Assembly: GCA_963785725.1 (NCBI GenBank)
Contig: CAWAWS010000007.1
Span: forward strand, 288,001 to 352,000
From: an uncultured delta proteobacterium
GTDB lineage: Bacteria > Myxococcota_A > Polyangia > Palsa-1104
DNA length: 64,000 nucleotides
Reading direction: 5' to 3'
The position numbers were made by a program, and so were the translations under genes. Below the pieces are notes generated by a model. That model was not told where the DNA came from. It did no database searches and saw nothing but the letters and a program-made list of their open reading frames with translations. This document shows, piece after piece, positions 29,115-38,347 of the stretch (within the stretch, counting starts at the first letter, position 1; each line of letters starts with the position of its first letter).

Positions 29115-30266
29115 CTGCCGGCCGGCGCGAGCCTCTTCTTCGACGTTTGGGTCAATGGTCCCGCGTCCGCGCCGGACCATCCGCAGCGCCGTGCCGAGCT
29201 TCTGCGGCGCATCGAAGCCGTTCATCCCGTAGCCCAAGCTGATGGCAAGGCGTTCGTCGGTGGCGCGCGGCTGAAGTTGCGGCGCGGCATCGTCGAGGCG
29301 GCGGCGTTGCGCGCGCTCGCCGAGCTGCAGGAGATTGGCGTGCTGGCCGAGGTCGAGGCCAATCGGCCGCCCGACGAAGCGATCTTGTCGCTGGGCTCGC
29401 TCGATCAATTTCACGACTTGGAGTCGGAGCCTTCGCGGCCGTCGGCGGGCATCAAAGTCGACGCCAACAAGCTGACCATGCTCGACGACGATGAGGAGAG
29501 CGTCGTGCGTCCGTTTCAGTCGCGCCAGATGTCGGTCGCTGGGCTGGGCGAAGAGGGCGAGACCCATCGTGAAGCGCGCGCGTCGTCGCTGGGCGAGGAG
29601 GGCGTCACCCATCGCGATGGGCGCGCGCCGTCGCTGGGCGAGGAGGGGGAGACGCGCAAGCTGACCGCGCGCGCGCTCGACGTGCCGACGACGCCGATGC
29701 AGGTCAAGGGCGAGCCGCGGCCGCCGGCGCGCAATCCGTTCCTGCCGCCCGAGCAGACGACGGCGCCGATGCAGCTCGATCGCAAGCCGCTGCCGTCGAC
29801 GCGGGCGCCGATTCCGTCGGCGCGTCTGCCGGTGCCGCCGAGCCCGAAGCCGAACGATGAAGACGCGCTCGGCGTCGAAGGCACGACGTCGAAGTACGTG
29901 CCGCCGCCCGAACGCAGCGAGCGTCACGAGCGCGCCGAGCCCGAGGACGTGGGCGCGCAGCCGGTCGTCGACGGCAACGTCTTGCGGCAAAAGCCGGGGC
30001 TGCGCATCGGCATCGGCGTCGTCGTCGGGCTGGCGCTGGGCTGGATGGTGTCGCAGCCGTACGCCGGGCGCGCCGAGCGGCACGTGGCCGAGCTGCGCAA
30101 CGAAGCCAACAAAGAGCGCTATCGACCGGTCGACGAGGCGCGCGCTCGCGTGGCCGCGCTCGACGAACGCGCCGACGACGAGGCCACGCGTGGCGCGCTC
30201 GGCTCGGCTGCGATCTGGATGCTGGTGGGCGGCGCGACGTTCGCCGCGTGGTGGCGCTTCTCGTAA
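29115..30266 (+). CDS. Membrane protein with possible L7/L12-CTD-like N-terminal domain, disordered linker and 2 C-terminal TMs; start uncertain (CTG 29115 or TTG 29277)
   Basis: The frame is open upstream of 29277 (FDVWVNG...LKLRRGIVEAAALRALAELQEIGVLAEVE). GAGG precedes the CTG at 29115. Confidence 0.6.
   Translation: MPAGASLFFDVWVNGPASAPDHPQRRAELLRRIEAVHPVAQADGKAFVGGARLKLRRGIVEAAALRALAELQEIGVLAEVEANRPPDEAILSLGSLDQFHDLESEPSRPSAGIKVDANKLTMLDDDEESVVRPFQSRQMSVAGLGEEGETHREARASSLGEEGVTHRDGRAPSLGEEGETRKLTARALDVPTTPMQVKGEPRPPARNPFLPPEQTTAPMQLDRKPLPSTRAPIPSARLPVPPSPKPNDEDALGVEGTTSKYVPPPERSERHERAEPEDVGAQPVVDGNVLRQKPGLRIGIGVVVGLALGWMVSQPYAGRAERHVAELRNEANKERYRPVDEARARVAALDERADDEATRGALGSAAIWMLVGGATFAAWWRFS
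29544..29654. repeat. 45-bp coding tandem repeat (about 2.5 copies, LGEEG[EV]THR...)
   Basis: ctgggcga(a/g)gaggg starts at 29544, 29589 and 29634. Confidence 0.85.
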
Positions 30267-30284
30267 CCGACGACTGCGGGCTGC

Positions 30285-31190
30285 TTATTCGCTCTGCACG
30301 AGCGCGCGCTCTTCGGCGTCAGCGCGCTCTTGCCGCTTCTTCCCGACGACCCACGCGACCAAGATGCTCAAGTTGTAGAGCACCGTCAGCGTGCCCGTCA
30401 TCGCCAGCTGGCCGACGACCATGTCGCCCGGCGTCAACACGGCGCCCAAGATGGCGAAGATCACGACGGCGTAGCGATTGAACTTCCACAGCTGCTTGGC
30501 CGACACGATGCCGAAGATGGCCAAGATCGCCAGCAGCAAGGGCAGCTCGAACACGGCGCCGAAGACGAGCAGCAGCATCGACGTCAGGTCGAAATACTCG
30601 TCCATCTTCAGCATCGGCTTGATGTCGAAGGGCAGCGACAGCTTGACGTCGACCGCCTTGCCCATGACGTCTTTGATGATGCCCATGCTCTCGGCCGCGT
30701 AGCTCAAGAAGTATTGATAGGAGGCAGGCAGCACGTAGATGTAAGCGAAGGCCGCGCCGCCGACGAACAGCACCACCGACGCCAGGATGAAGCCGACGCC
30801 CCACTTGCGCTCGCGATCGTAGAGGCCGGGCGAAATGAAGCGCCAGATCTCGCGGAACACGAACGGCGACGCCAGAAAGATGCCGGCGAACAGCGCCAGC
30901 TTGAAGAGCACCATGAAGGCTTCGTGCGGCGACGTGAAGATCAGCTGCGGCCGGCCGATGCCGACCTCTTGCTCCGCCTGCTGCCAGGCGCTGATGAGCG
31001 GCCGCGCCATGAGCGCGAACAGATCTTTACGGAAGCAGTAAGCCACGACCGTGCCGCAGAGGACGGCGATCGTCGAGTTGCGCAGGCAGGTGCGCAGCTC
31101 GGCGAGGTGAGCCAGAAACGGCATGCGCCGATCGTTACCGTCTCCTTCGACGGCAGCGGTGTCGGGTGTCGCTGGCTCAGGAGCGGCCAT
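30285..31190 (-). CDS. tatC: Twin-arginine translocase TatC
   Basis: MPFLAHLAELR, WRFISPGLY..E, FGAVFELP and LTPGD. Confidence 0.95.
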   Translation of the reverse strand: MAAPEPATPDTAAVEGDGNDRRMPFLAHLAELRTCLRNSTIAVLCGTVVAYCFRKDLFALMARPLISAWQQAEQEVGIGRPQLIFTSPHEAFMVLFKLALFAGIFLASPFVFREIWRFISPGLYDRERKWGVGFILASVVLFVGGAAFAYIYVLPASYQYFLSYAAESMGIIKDVMGKAVDVKLSLPFDIKPMLKMDEYFDLTSMLLLVFGAVFELPLLLAILAIFGIVSAKQLWKFNRYAVVIFAILGAVLTPGDMVVGQLAMTGTLTVLYNLSILVAWVVGKKRQERADAEERALVQSE

Positions 31191-31582
31191 CAGCTCTTCT
31201 TTTCGTTCGTAGCCGTGGCGGCCGGCGTTTCGACGGGCGGCGTGACCGCGACCATCGGCGGCACGGCGGTGCCCGACGGCAGCGTGTCGGCCGCGGCGGC
31301 GACCGGCGTCGGCGCGATGCCGGCGGCAGGCGCGGGCGGCATCTTCATGACCGACAGCTGATGCTGCGCCGGCTCGTCACGCAGCGCCGACTGCAGCTCG
31401 CGCAGCGGCTTCTTCACCTCTTCGTCGATCTCCAGCTGATCGGTGAGATCGCGCGTGGCTTTGCGGAAGGAGCGAATCGCCTTGCCGAGACTGGTTGCGA
31501 CGTCGGGGAGCCGATTGGGTCCCAGCACGAGTAACGCGATGGCGAGGATGATGATCAGCTCGCCTGGACCGAGACCAAACAT
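31190..31582 (-). CDS. tatB: Twin-arginine translocase TatA/TatB
   Basis: MFGLGPGELIIILAIALLVLGPNRLP...LGKAIRSFRKA. Position upstream of tatC and the LGP..LP motif favour TatB. Confidence 0.8.
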   Translation of the reverse strand: MFGLGPGELIIILAIALLVLGPNRLPDVATSLGKAIRSFRKATRDLTDQLEIDEEVKKPLRELQSALRDEPAQHQLSVMKMPPAPAAGIAPTPVAAAADTLPSGTAVPPMVAVTPPVETPAATATNEKKS

Positions 31583-31637
31583 GCAAACGAGTGTACGCGA
31601 GGGTCGAGCGCGGCGCTACTGGGGGTATCGCTGGGAA

Positions 31638-33149
31638 CTAAGCTCCCACTGCCCGCGCCGCATTGGTCCGGCGACGCGCGAACGCCAACATCTCCATGGC
31701 TTTCGCCAGCTGACCGAAGCGCTCTTCCTGTTTCCGCGTCAGCTCGCGCAGCTGCTCGACGGCCTGGAGAATCTGTTCGCCCCCACGCGTTTGCTCGCGC
31801 TGCGCCGTGTTGAGCTGCGAGACCATCTCGTTGATCGACTCGATCGACTTGGTGATCTGCTTGCCGCCGCGCGTCTGCTCTTGCGACGACCGCTCCACGT
31901 GCTTCGTAATCGCCTTCATCTTCTCGGCCGAGCGAATGATCTGCTCCGAGCCCTTGGCCTGCTCGCTCGTCGCCGACGCGATCTGCTGCACGGTCTCGGC
32001 GATCGAATGGATGGCGTCGGTGACCTGCTTCGAGCCGCGCGCCTGCTCGACGGTGGCGCGGGCGATCTCGCGCACCATCTGCGTCGACCGATCGGCCGAC
32101 TCGAGAATGCGGCGCAGCGCGTCCTCGGCTTGATGCGAGACCTTGACGCCTTCGTCGACGCTGCGCGCGCCGCGCTCGACGGCGCCGATGGCGTGCTCGG
32201 ACTCTTTTTGCACGCCTTTGATGAGGTCGGCGATCTCCTTGGTCGACGTGGCCGAGCGCTCTGCCAGATCCTTGATCTCGTCGGCGACGACGGCGAAGCC
32301 TTTGCCGTGCTCGCCGGCCTGCGCGGCGATGATGGCGGCGTTGAGCGCGAGCAAGTTGGTCTGCTCGGCGACGTCGTCGATGACCTCGAGGATCTTGCCG
32401 ATCTCGCCGATCTTGCCGCCCAGCGACGAGATGATGCGCACCGTCTCCTCGGACGAGCCCTTGATCTTGTTGATGCCGTCGATGGTGTGGCCGATGGCTT
32501 GCGCGCCCGATTGCGCCGCGCGCGACACCTCTTCGGACAGGCGCGCCGTCTCGTTGGCGTTGTTCTCGACCTGGCGAATGGAGATATCCATCTCGTTCAT
32601 CGAGGACGACGTCTCTTCCGCCGTCGACGAGAGCGCCTCGACGTTCTTGGCCACTTCCTTGATCGAGAAGGTCATCTCCTCGATCGACGTCGCCGACTCC
32701 TGCACGCTGCCGGCGAGGTTGACCATGTTCTCGGCCACTTCGTCGTTCGCCGCCGCCATCTCCAGGATCGACGACGACGACTCCTCGGCCGCCGCCGCCA
32801 AGGTCTCGACCGAGTGCGCGATCTGCTTCAGCGACGCGGTCATCTGATGCAGCGACGCCGCCGTCTCCTCGATCGCGCCCAGCTGCGACTCGGTCACCGC
32901 GCGCAATTCGCCGAGCCCGGTCTCGGTCGTGCGCAAGACCTCGGCGCGCTCGTTCATCTCGGCTTCGACGCTCTCGACCTTCTGCTGCGTCGTGTAGAGC
33001 ATGAACAGGGCCGGCGCACCGCCGAGCAGCGCCACCAAGAGCAGCGGCGCGACGAACGGCGTTTGCGCGCCGGCGAGGAAGTAGCCGGCCACTGCGATTA
33101 CGACCAGCCAGGCCGCGGACAGCGCCGGCCAGCGCACACTCGGAGTCAT
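31638..33149 (-). CDS. Methyl-accepting chemotaxis protein with two adjacent TMs and no periplasmic sensor
   Basis: IDDVAEQTNLLALNAAIIAAQAGEHGKGFAVVADEIKDLAERS signalling tip. ATG at 33149. Confidence 0.9.
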   Translation of the reverse strand: MTPSVRWPALSAAWLVVIAVAGYFLAGAQTPFVAPLLLVALLGGAPALFMLYTTQQKVESVEAEMNERAEVLRTTETGLGELRAVTESQLGAIEETAASLHQMTASLKQIAHSVETLAAAAEESSSSILEMAAANDEVAENMVNLAGSVQESATSIEEMTFSIKEVAKNVEALSSTAEETSSSMNEMDISIRQVENNANETARLSEEVSRAAQSGAQAIGHTIDGINKIKGSSEETVRIISSLGGKIGEIGKILEVIDDVAEQTNLLALNAAIIAAQAGEHGKGFAVVADEIKDLAERSATSTKEIADLIKGVQKESEHAIGAVERGARSVDEGVKVSHQAEDALRRILESADRSTQMVREIARATVEQARGSKQVTDAIHSIAETVQQIASATSEQAKGSEQIIRSAEKMKAITKHVERSSQEQTRGGKQITKSIESINEMVSQLNTAQREQTRGGEQILQAVEQLRELTRKQEERFGQLAKAMEMLAFARRRTNAARAVGA

Positions 33150-33333
33150 GGCGGCAAATTGTATCTGGCTTCCACGACAAGCGAAAGAACCGCGCGTGAA
33201 AAGCGCACAGGCCGTGACGAGAAATGACCAAGGACGACCAGCGTCGGCGGCGCCAAGCGCTGACGTGGCTGGGTGCGCGTCGCCGCGGGTTGGCTGCCGT
33301 TCGTGGTCTCGTTCACCGTCGCTGGAGGCGAGC

Positions 33334-34380
33334 TCAGTCGGCGAAGAGCGGCATCTGCTGCATGGCGCGGTGTGGCTGTAACGCGTGGGCGCGAATGCCG
33401 GCGGCGGCAAACGCGCGCAAGGCCTCGTCGCCGTAGCCGCTCGTGAGCCACACGTCGCGCGCCTCGGCGGCGGCGGCATGCGCGACCAGCGACGGCAGAT
33501 CGCCGGTGTCGGCGAGCGCGAAGGCGGCGTCGACGCGCAGCTTGGCCGGCCCGTCGGGATCGAGCGCTGCGCCGGTCGCGGCCAAGAGGCGCGCCGAGCG
33601 TAAACGGCCGATCGCCGGCGCGTTGCGCGCGTCCAGCGGCCAGACGACGACTTCGCCGCGCGCCGGCGAGCCGCGAAAGGGGCGCACGGCGCCTTCGGGC
33701 GCGCGCACCGGTAGGCCGCAGCGGGCGTAGCCGTCGAGCCAAGCGCCCAGTCGCGCATGCAGTCGCAGCGGCAGGCCGGCGGCGACGAGCTGGGCCACGA
33801 TCTCGACGGCGCCCGGCGGGCTGGCCAGCACGACCGGTGTCGCGCCGTCGTCGAGCGCGCGGGTGACGGCGGCGGCGAGCGCGGCTTCGGCCTCGGCGCG
33901 CGGCGGCAGCTTGCGCCCGTAAACCGCCAGCGGCGCGTCCAAACACAAGGCGTCGGCGGCGCGCACCTGCGCCGGCTCGGCAAAGCGGCTCGGCTGCGGA
34001 TTGAGCGGCCCGCAGTAGCCGACGCGCCGCCCATCGAGCTCGACGTACAGCTGCGCGGCGCCCGGCGCGTGACCCGACGGCAACAGCTCGAGGCGCAGGC
34101 GGCCGAGCGCGAACGGCCGGCCGAACGGCGTCACCAGCGTCGCCGCCGCCTGACCGCGCGGCGCGACCTCGACGGCGCGCAGGAGCCGCGTGCGCTCGGT
34201 CGTCACCAGCCGCACGTCGGCGCCGCCACGCAGCCGCGGTGCCCGCGCGTGCGAGACGAACGCCGTGGCTTCGGCCGGGCAGCGGCGCGCGTCGCAGTGG
34301 ATGTCGGTGCCGGCCACACGCACGCCGTCGGCCCAGGTGAAGGCATCGGCGGAAGGTGCGGGCGGCAGCCTCGGCGGCAC
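33334..34380 (-). CDS. MBL-fold/beta-CASP-like protein with degenerate metal site
   Basis: FVSHARA in place of HxHxDH, followed by SGHAPGAAQL and YCGPLN. Resembles the ligase-associated exonuclease family. Confidence 0.65.
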   Translation of the reverse strand: MPPRLPPAPSADAFTWADGVRVAGTDIHCDARRCPAEATAFVSHARAPRLRGGADVRLVTTERTRLLRAVEVAPRGQAAATLVTPFGRPFALGRLRLELLPSGHAPGAAQLYVELDGRRVGYCGPLNPQPSRFAEPAQVRAADALCLDAPLAVYGRKLPPRAEAEAALAAAVTRALDDGATPVVLASPPGAVEIVAQLVAAGLPLRLHARLGAWLDGYARCGLPVRAPEGAVRPFRGSPARGEVVVWPLDARNAPAIGRLRSARLLAATGAALDPDGPAKLRVDAAFALADTGDLPSLVAHAAAAEARDVWLTSGYGDEALRAFAAAGIRAHALQPHRAMQQMPLFAD

Positions 34381-34594
34381 GACGACCCTTTAGCGGGCGG
34401 CGCCCGACAAAGCAAGAATCGTTACAAACGACGCGACAAATTGGCGGGTCGCCGCTTTGCCTACCGCGCCAAAACGCGCGTCCGACGCAGCAGGCTGGGC
34501 GTGGCGTCTATCGTGGCGCCGGGCCGTCCGATCCCCTAAGCTCGCCCGGCATGAAGCGCTCGTACCCTCACTGTCGCGGGAGCCAACCTTGGCG

Positions 34595-35803
34595 ATGACC
34601 GCGGAGACCCGGCGGCGCTCGTCGCTGGGCATCATCTTCCTGACCGTGCTGCTCGATCTTCTCGGCTTCGGAATCGTCATTCCGATCTTGCCGCTCTACG
34701 CCGAGAAGCTGCACGCGACCGACATCGAGACCGGCATCTTGCTCGCGGTCTACTCGGTCATGCAGCTCATCTTCTCGCCGATTTGGGGCCGCCTGTCCGA
34801 TCGCGCCGGGCGCCGTCCGGTGCTCTTGATCTCGATCCTCGGCAGCTGCGGCTCGCAGCTCGGCTACGCGCTGGCGCCGTCGTTTTGGTGGCTCGTCGTC
34901 GCGCGCGGCTTCGCCGGCGTGTGCGGCGCCAACATCACCGCCGCGCAGGCTTACATCGCCGACGTCACCGACGAGAAGAACCGCGCCGCCGGCATGGGCA
35001 TGCTGGGCGCCGCGATGGGCCTCGGCTTCGTGTTCGGCCCCGCGGTCGGCGGCTTTCTGTCGACGCGCTCGGCGACGCTGCCGTTCTTCGTCGCCGCCGG
35101 CTTGGCGGCGGTGAACTTCGTCTCGGCCTTGACGATCTTGAAGGAGCCGCGCTCGCGGCAAGAGCGCACCAAAGCCCGCACGCTGAGCTGGGGCGGCCTC
35201 GTGCGCACGGCCTCGACGCCGCGCCTCCTGACGCTGATGCTGCTCTTCTTCGTCGTCACCTTCGGCTTCGCCAATCTGGAGGCGACGTTCTCGCTCTATC
35301 TCGAGCGTCAGTTTCACTATGGTCGTCGCGAAGCCTCGTATCTGTTCACCTATATCGGCGTGCTCATGGTGCTCGTGCAGGGCGGGCTGGTGCGCTGGCT
35401 GGCGCCGAAGGTGGGCGAGCGATCGCTCATCATCGCCGGCACGCTGCTGATGTCGTGCGGCTTCTTGCTGCAGTGGCAGGCGACGACGGTGGCGATGCTG
35501 CTCGTCGCGATCGCGATCACGGCCATCGGCAACGGCTTCAATACGCCGTCGCTGTCGTCGCTGATTTCGCGCGCGGCGGCGGGCGAGCATCAGGGCGGCG
35601 TGCTCGGCGTGTCGCAGGCGATGGGCGCGTTGGCGCGCGTCGTCGGACCGCTCGTGGGCACGGCGACGCTGGCGTTCGGCGTGCGCGTCCCCTATTTGAC
35701 CGGCGGTCTGACGCTGCTGTTGGCCTGCCTGTTCGCGACGGCGTTCGTGCGTCAGCCGTCGCTGCCGCCGGCGAGCGCGTCGCCGCCGCCGTCGGTCGGC
35801 TAA
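34595..35803 (+). CDS. MFS efflux transporter, TetA/DHA1-like
   Basis: DLLGFGIVIPILP, GRLSDRAGRRPVL, AYIADVT and GFVFGPAVGG. Confidence 0.9.
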   Translation: MTAETRRRSSLGIIFLTVLLDLLGFGIVIPILPLYAEKLHATDIETGILLAVYSVMQLIFSPIWGRLSDRAGRRPVLLISILGSCGSQLGYALAPSFWWLVVARGFAGVCGANITAAQAYIADVTDEKNRAAGMGMLGAAMGLGFVFGPAVGGFLSTRSATLPFFVAAGLAAVNFVSALTILKEPRSRQERTKARTLSWGGLVRTASTPRLLTLMLLFFVVTFGFANLEATFSLYLERQFHYGRREASYLFTYIGVLMVLVQGGLVRWLAPKVGERSLIIAGTLLMSCGFLLQWQATTVAMLLVAIAITAIGNGFNTPSLSSLISRAAAGEHQGGVLGVSQAMGALARVVGPLVGTATLAFGVRVPYLTGGLTLLLACLFATAFVRQPSLPPASASPPPSVG

Positions 35804-37217
35804 GCGGGCTTCTGGCGGCGCTGTAAGCGGCCGAGGCCGTCGTACGCGGCGTACTTGAACATCTCGCTCAGCGTCGGAAAGTTGAAGACCTGCTCGATGA
35901 AGTCGTCGATGCGACCGCCGAAGTGCATGACGGCGGCGCCGATGTGCACGAGCTCGGTCGCGCGCTCGCCGATGACGTGGACGCCGAGCAGCTTCTTGTC
36001 CTTGGCGTCGAACACCAGCTTCACCATGCCGCCCAAGTCGCCGACGATCTGGCCGCGCGCGTTGTCGCGATAGAAGGCGCGGCCGATCTCGAAGTCGAGC
36101 CCCTTCTTTTTGGCCGACTCCTCGGTCTCGCCGATCATCGAGACCTCGGGGATCGTGTACAGCCCGTAAGGGAACTGCGAGGCGACGCGCAGCTTGTACT
36201 CGAAGCCGAAGGCGTGACAGGCGGCGACGCGCGCCTGCTCCATCGCCACCGACGCCAGCGCCGGGAAGCCGATGACGTCGCCGGCGGCGTAGACGCGCTG
36301 GCCGGGAACGCCGGCGATGCGGAAGTGCTCGTCGGTGCGCAGAAGGCCGCGCGCGTCGGGCGCGGCGCCGATGCGCTCGAGGCCCATGCCGCGCGTGTTG
36401 CCGGCGCGACCGCCGGCGAAGAGCAGCCGCTCGCATTCGAGGTCGGTGCCGTCGCTCAAGCGGCAGTGCAGCTTGCCGCCGCTGCGGCCGACCTCGACGA
36501 CCTCGCGCTTGAAGAGCAGCTCGATGCCCAGCTTCTTCAGCTGCTCGGTCAACACCAGGTTGATCTCGTGATCGAGGAAGCCCAAGATCGAGTCGCGGCC
36601 TTCGACGATGGTGCACTTGGTGCCGAGCGCGGCGAAGATCGACGCGTATTCGCAGCCGATGACGCCGCCGCCGAGCACCACCATCTGCTCCGGGATCTTG
36701 TCGAGCCGCAAGATCGAGTCGGAGTCGTCGACCTCGGGATCTTCGAAGGGCACGAACTGCGGGCGAAATGGCGATGAGCCGGTGGCGATGAGGATGGCGT
36801 CGGCCGTCACGCGCTGCGGCGTGCCGTCGATGGGCGTCAGCTCGAGCGTGTGCTCGTCGACGAAGCGCGCGGCGCCGTCGAGGAGCTCGACGCCGTGGCG
36901 GGTGAGGTTGCCGCTGATGCGCCGCTGCTCCGAGCCGAGCACCGGATCTTGCCGGCACATCAGCTCCGGCACAGACGGCGCGCCGGTCAGCGCCACCGAC
37001 AGGCCGTACAGCTCGCGCTGGCGATAGCCGGAGAGGAAGAGCGCGGTCTCGCGCAGCGTCTTCGAGGGCAGCGTGCCGGTGTTGACGCAGGCGCCGCCGA
37101 GCGCGTCCTGCTTCTCGATGATGGCGACGCGCTTGCCGAAGTAGGCCGCCTGCGCGGCCCCTTTTCGCCGGCCGGTCCCGAGCCGATCACCAGCCAGTCG
37201 TAGTCGAAGGAGGCCAT
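35800..37217 (-). CDS. sthA: Soluble pyridine nucleotide transhydrogenase (one frameshift near 37160)
   Basis: IGSGPAGEKG, GGACVNTGTLPSKTLRE (single Cys), GGGVIGCEYASIF and FNFPTLSEMFKYAAYDG. Confidence 0.88.
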
Positions 37218-37375
37218 GGGCCGCTATCGTACCAGGCTCATGCGCGACGGCTACTGACGAACGGGTGACGCGCGCTACAACAGGAAGTGGGCGCGGGATT
37301 CAGCGGGATTCAGCAGTCGCACGGCCGGTGCCGGCGCGTGCCTGCGCCGAGCGAGCGGTGTCGGCGCCGAACGCG

Positions 37376-37738
37376 TTACTTCGACGAGCGCGCGGACTGC
37401 GCGGCGAGATCGGCGCGGCGCCAGCGCGGCGGCTGGAACGTGACCTTGCCGCCCTCTTCGCGGTACGACGCCGGAACCAGCGTGTAGCCTTCCTTCGCGT
37501 CGCGGCGTTCGCCCTGGTGCCAGACCCACGTGCCCGCGACCGGCTGATAATAACCGGGCACCCACACCTCGCGCTCGGACAGCTTGGGCATGTCCTCTTT
37601 GCGCGGCTCGGGCGGCGTCGACGACATCGTGTCGTAGTGCGAGGCGCTCGCCGACGAGGACGACGCGGGCGCGCCGGTCATGGTGGCGCAACCAACGGCG
37701 GCGAAGCAGAGCAGCGAGGTCAGGAGCGAACGAATCAT
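37376..37738 (-). CDS. YXWGXW-repeat lipoprotein
   Basis: Lipobox AVGC, PPEPRKE...VWVPGYY...WVWHQGE...YTLVPASY...PRW. Confidence 0.75.
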   Translation of the reverse strand: MIRSLLTSLLCFAAVGCATMTGAPASSSSASASHYDTMSSTPPEPRKEDMPKLSEREVWVPGYYQPVAGTWVWHQGERRDAKEGYTLVPASYREEGGKVTFQPPRWRRADLAAQSARSSK

Positions 37739-37922
37739 TCGAATTACCCTCCGCTGCTTAATTTAGCGAAATACCCAATAGAATCAACTAGTAAGAAATG
37801 ATATGCTGCTTACACTCCTTTCGCGCGATGGTGATATTTGGCCATTTGGCGTACGTCGCGTGCAGCGGTGCTCGCGTTTTCGCGGGAGCCGTGTCGCCGT
37901 AGGTTGGACGACGTAGGTGCGA

Positions 37923-38231
37923 TCACTTCTTACGCAGCGACTCCGGCATGTCGGGGATGCGCACGGTCAGATCTCCCGTCGGTGCGAGCTGACACGAGAG
38001 GCGCAGCTTGGTGATGAAGTAGGTGTTGCCGAGGTGCTTCTTCTCGGCGGCGTTGATGGGCCCGACGTTGGCTTCGCCCGCCAAAATCTTGACGCGACAG
38101 AGGCCGCACGTCGCCTTGCCGGCGCACGCCGTGGGGACGGGAATGCCGCTGCGGCGCGCGCAGGCGAACACGGATTCGCCGGGATTGCAGTCGACGGTGA
38201 TGCCGAGAGGCTCGAACAGGACGCGAGGCAC
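37923..38231 (-). CDS. 2Fe-2S ferredoxin
   Basis: CAGKATCGLC...RLSCQ. Start is GTG 38231 or TTG 38240. Confidence 0.9.
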   Translation of the reverse strand: MPRVLFEPLGITVDCNPGESVFACARRSGIPVPTACAGKATCGLCRVKILAGEANVGPINAAEKKHLGNTYFITKLRLSCQLAPTGDLTVRIPDMPESLRKK

Positions 38232-38347
38232 GCCGCACAATTTAGCCCGAGATCTCCCATCGTGAGAATTTCCCTTCCGCGCCTAGGGAAACGGCGGTGT
38301 CGAACGACGCAGGAAGCGCCGGCATCAGGTTTGCGATGGGTGGCGCC

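Noticed and set aside
31638..34034. 798-aa MCP as given in the ORF track
   Set aside because: The first 295 codons overlap the MBL-fold gene out of frame and look non-coding. The ATG at 33149 precedes the TMs.
34595..35803. Acquired tetA resistance determinant
   Set aside because: There is no tetR or mobile context and codon usage is host-like. It is a generic DHA1 transporter.
37293..37314. 10-bp tandem duplication gcgggattca
   Set aside because: It is a single short duplication with no supporting context.
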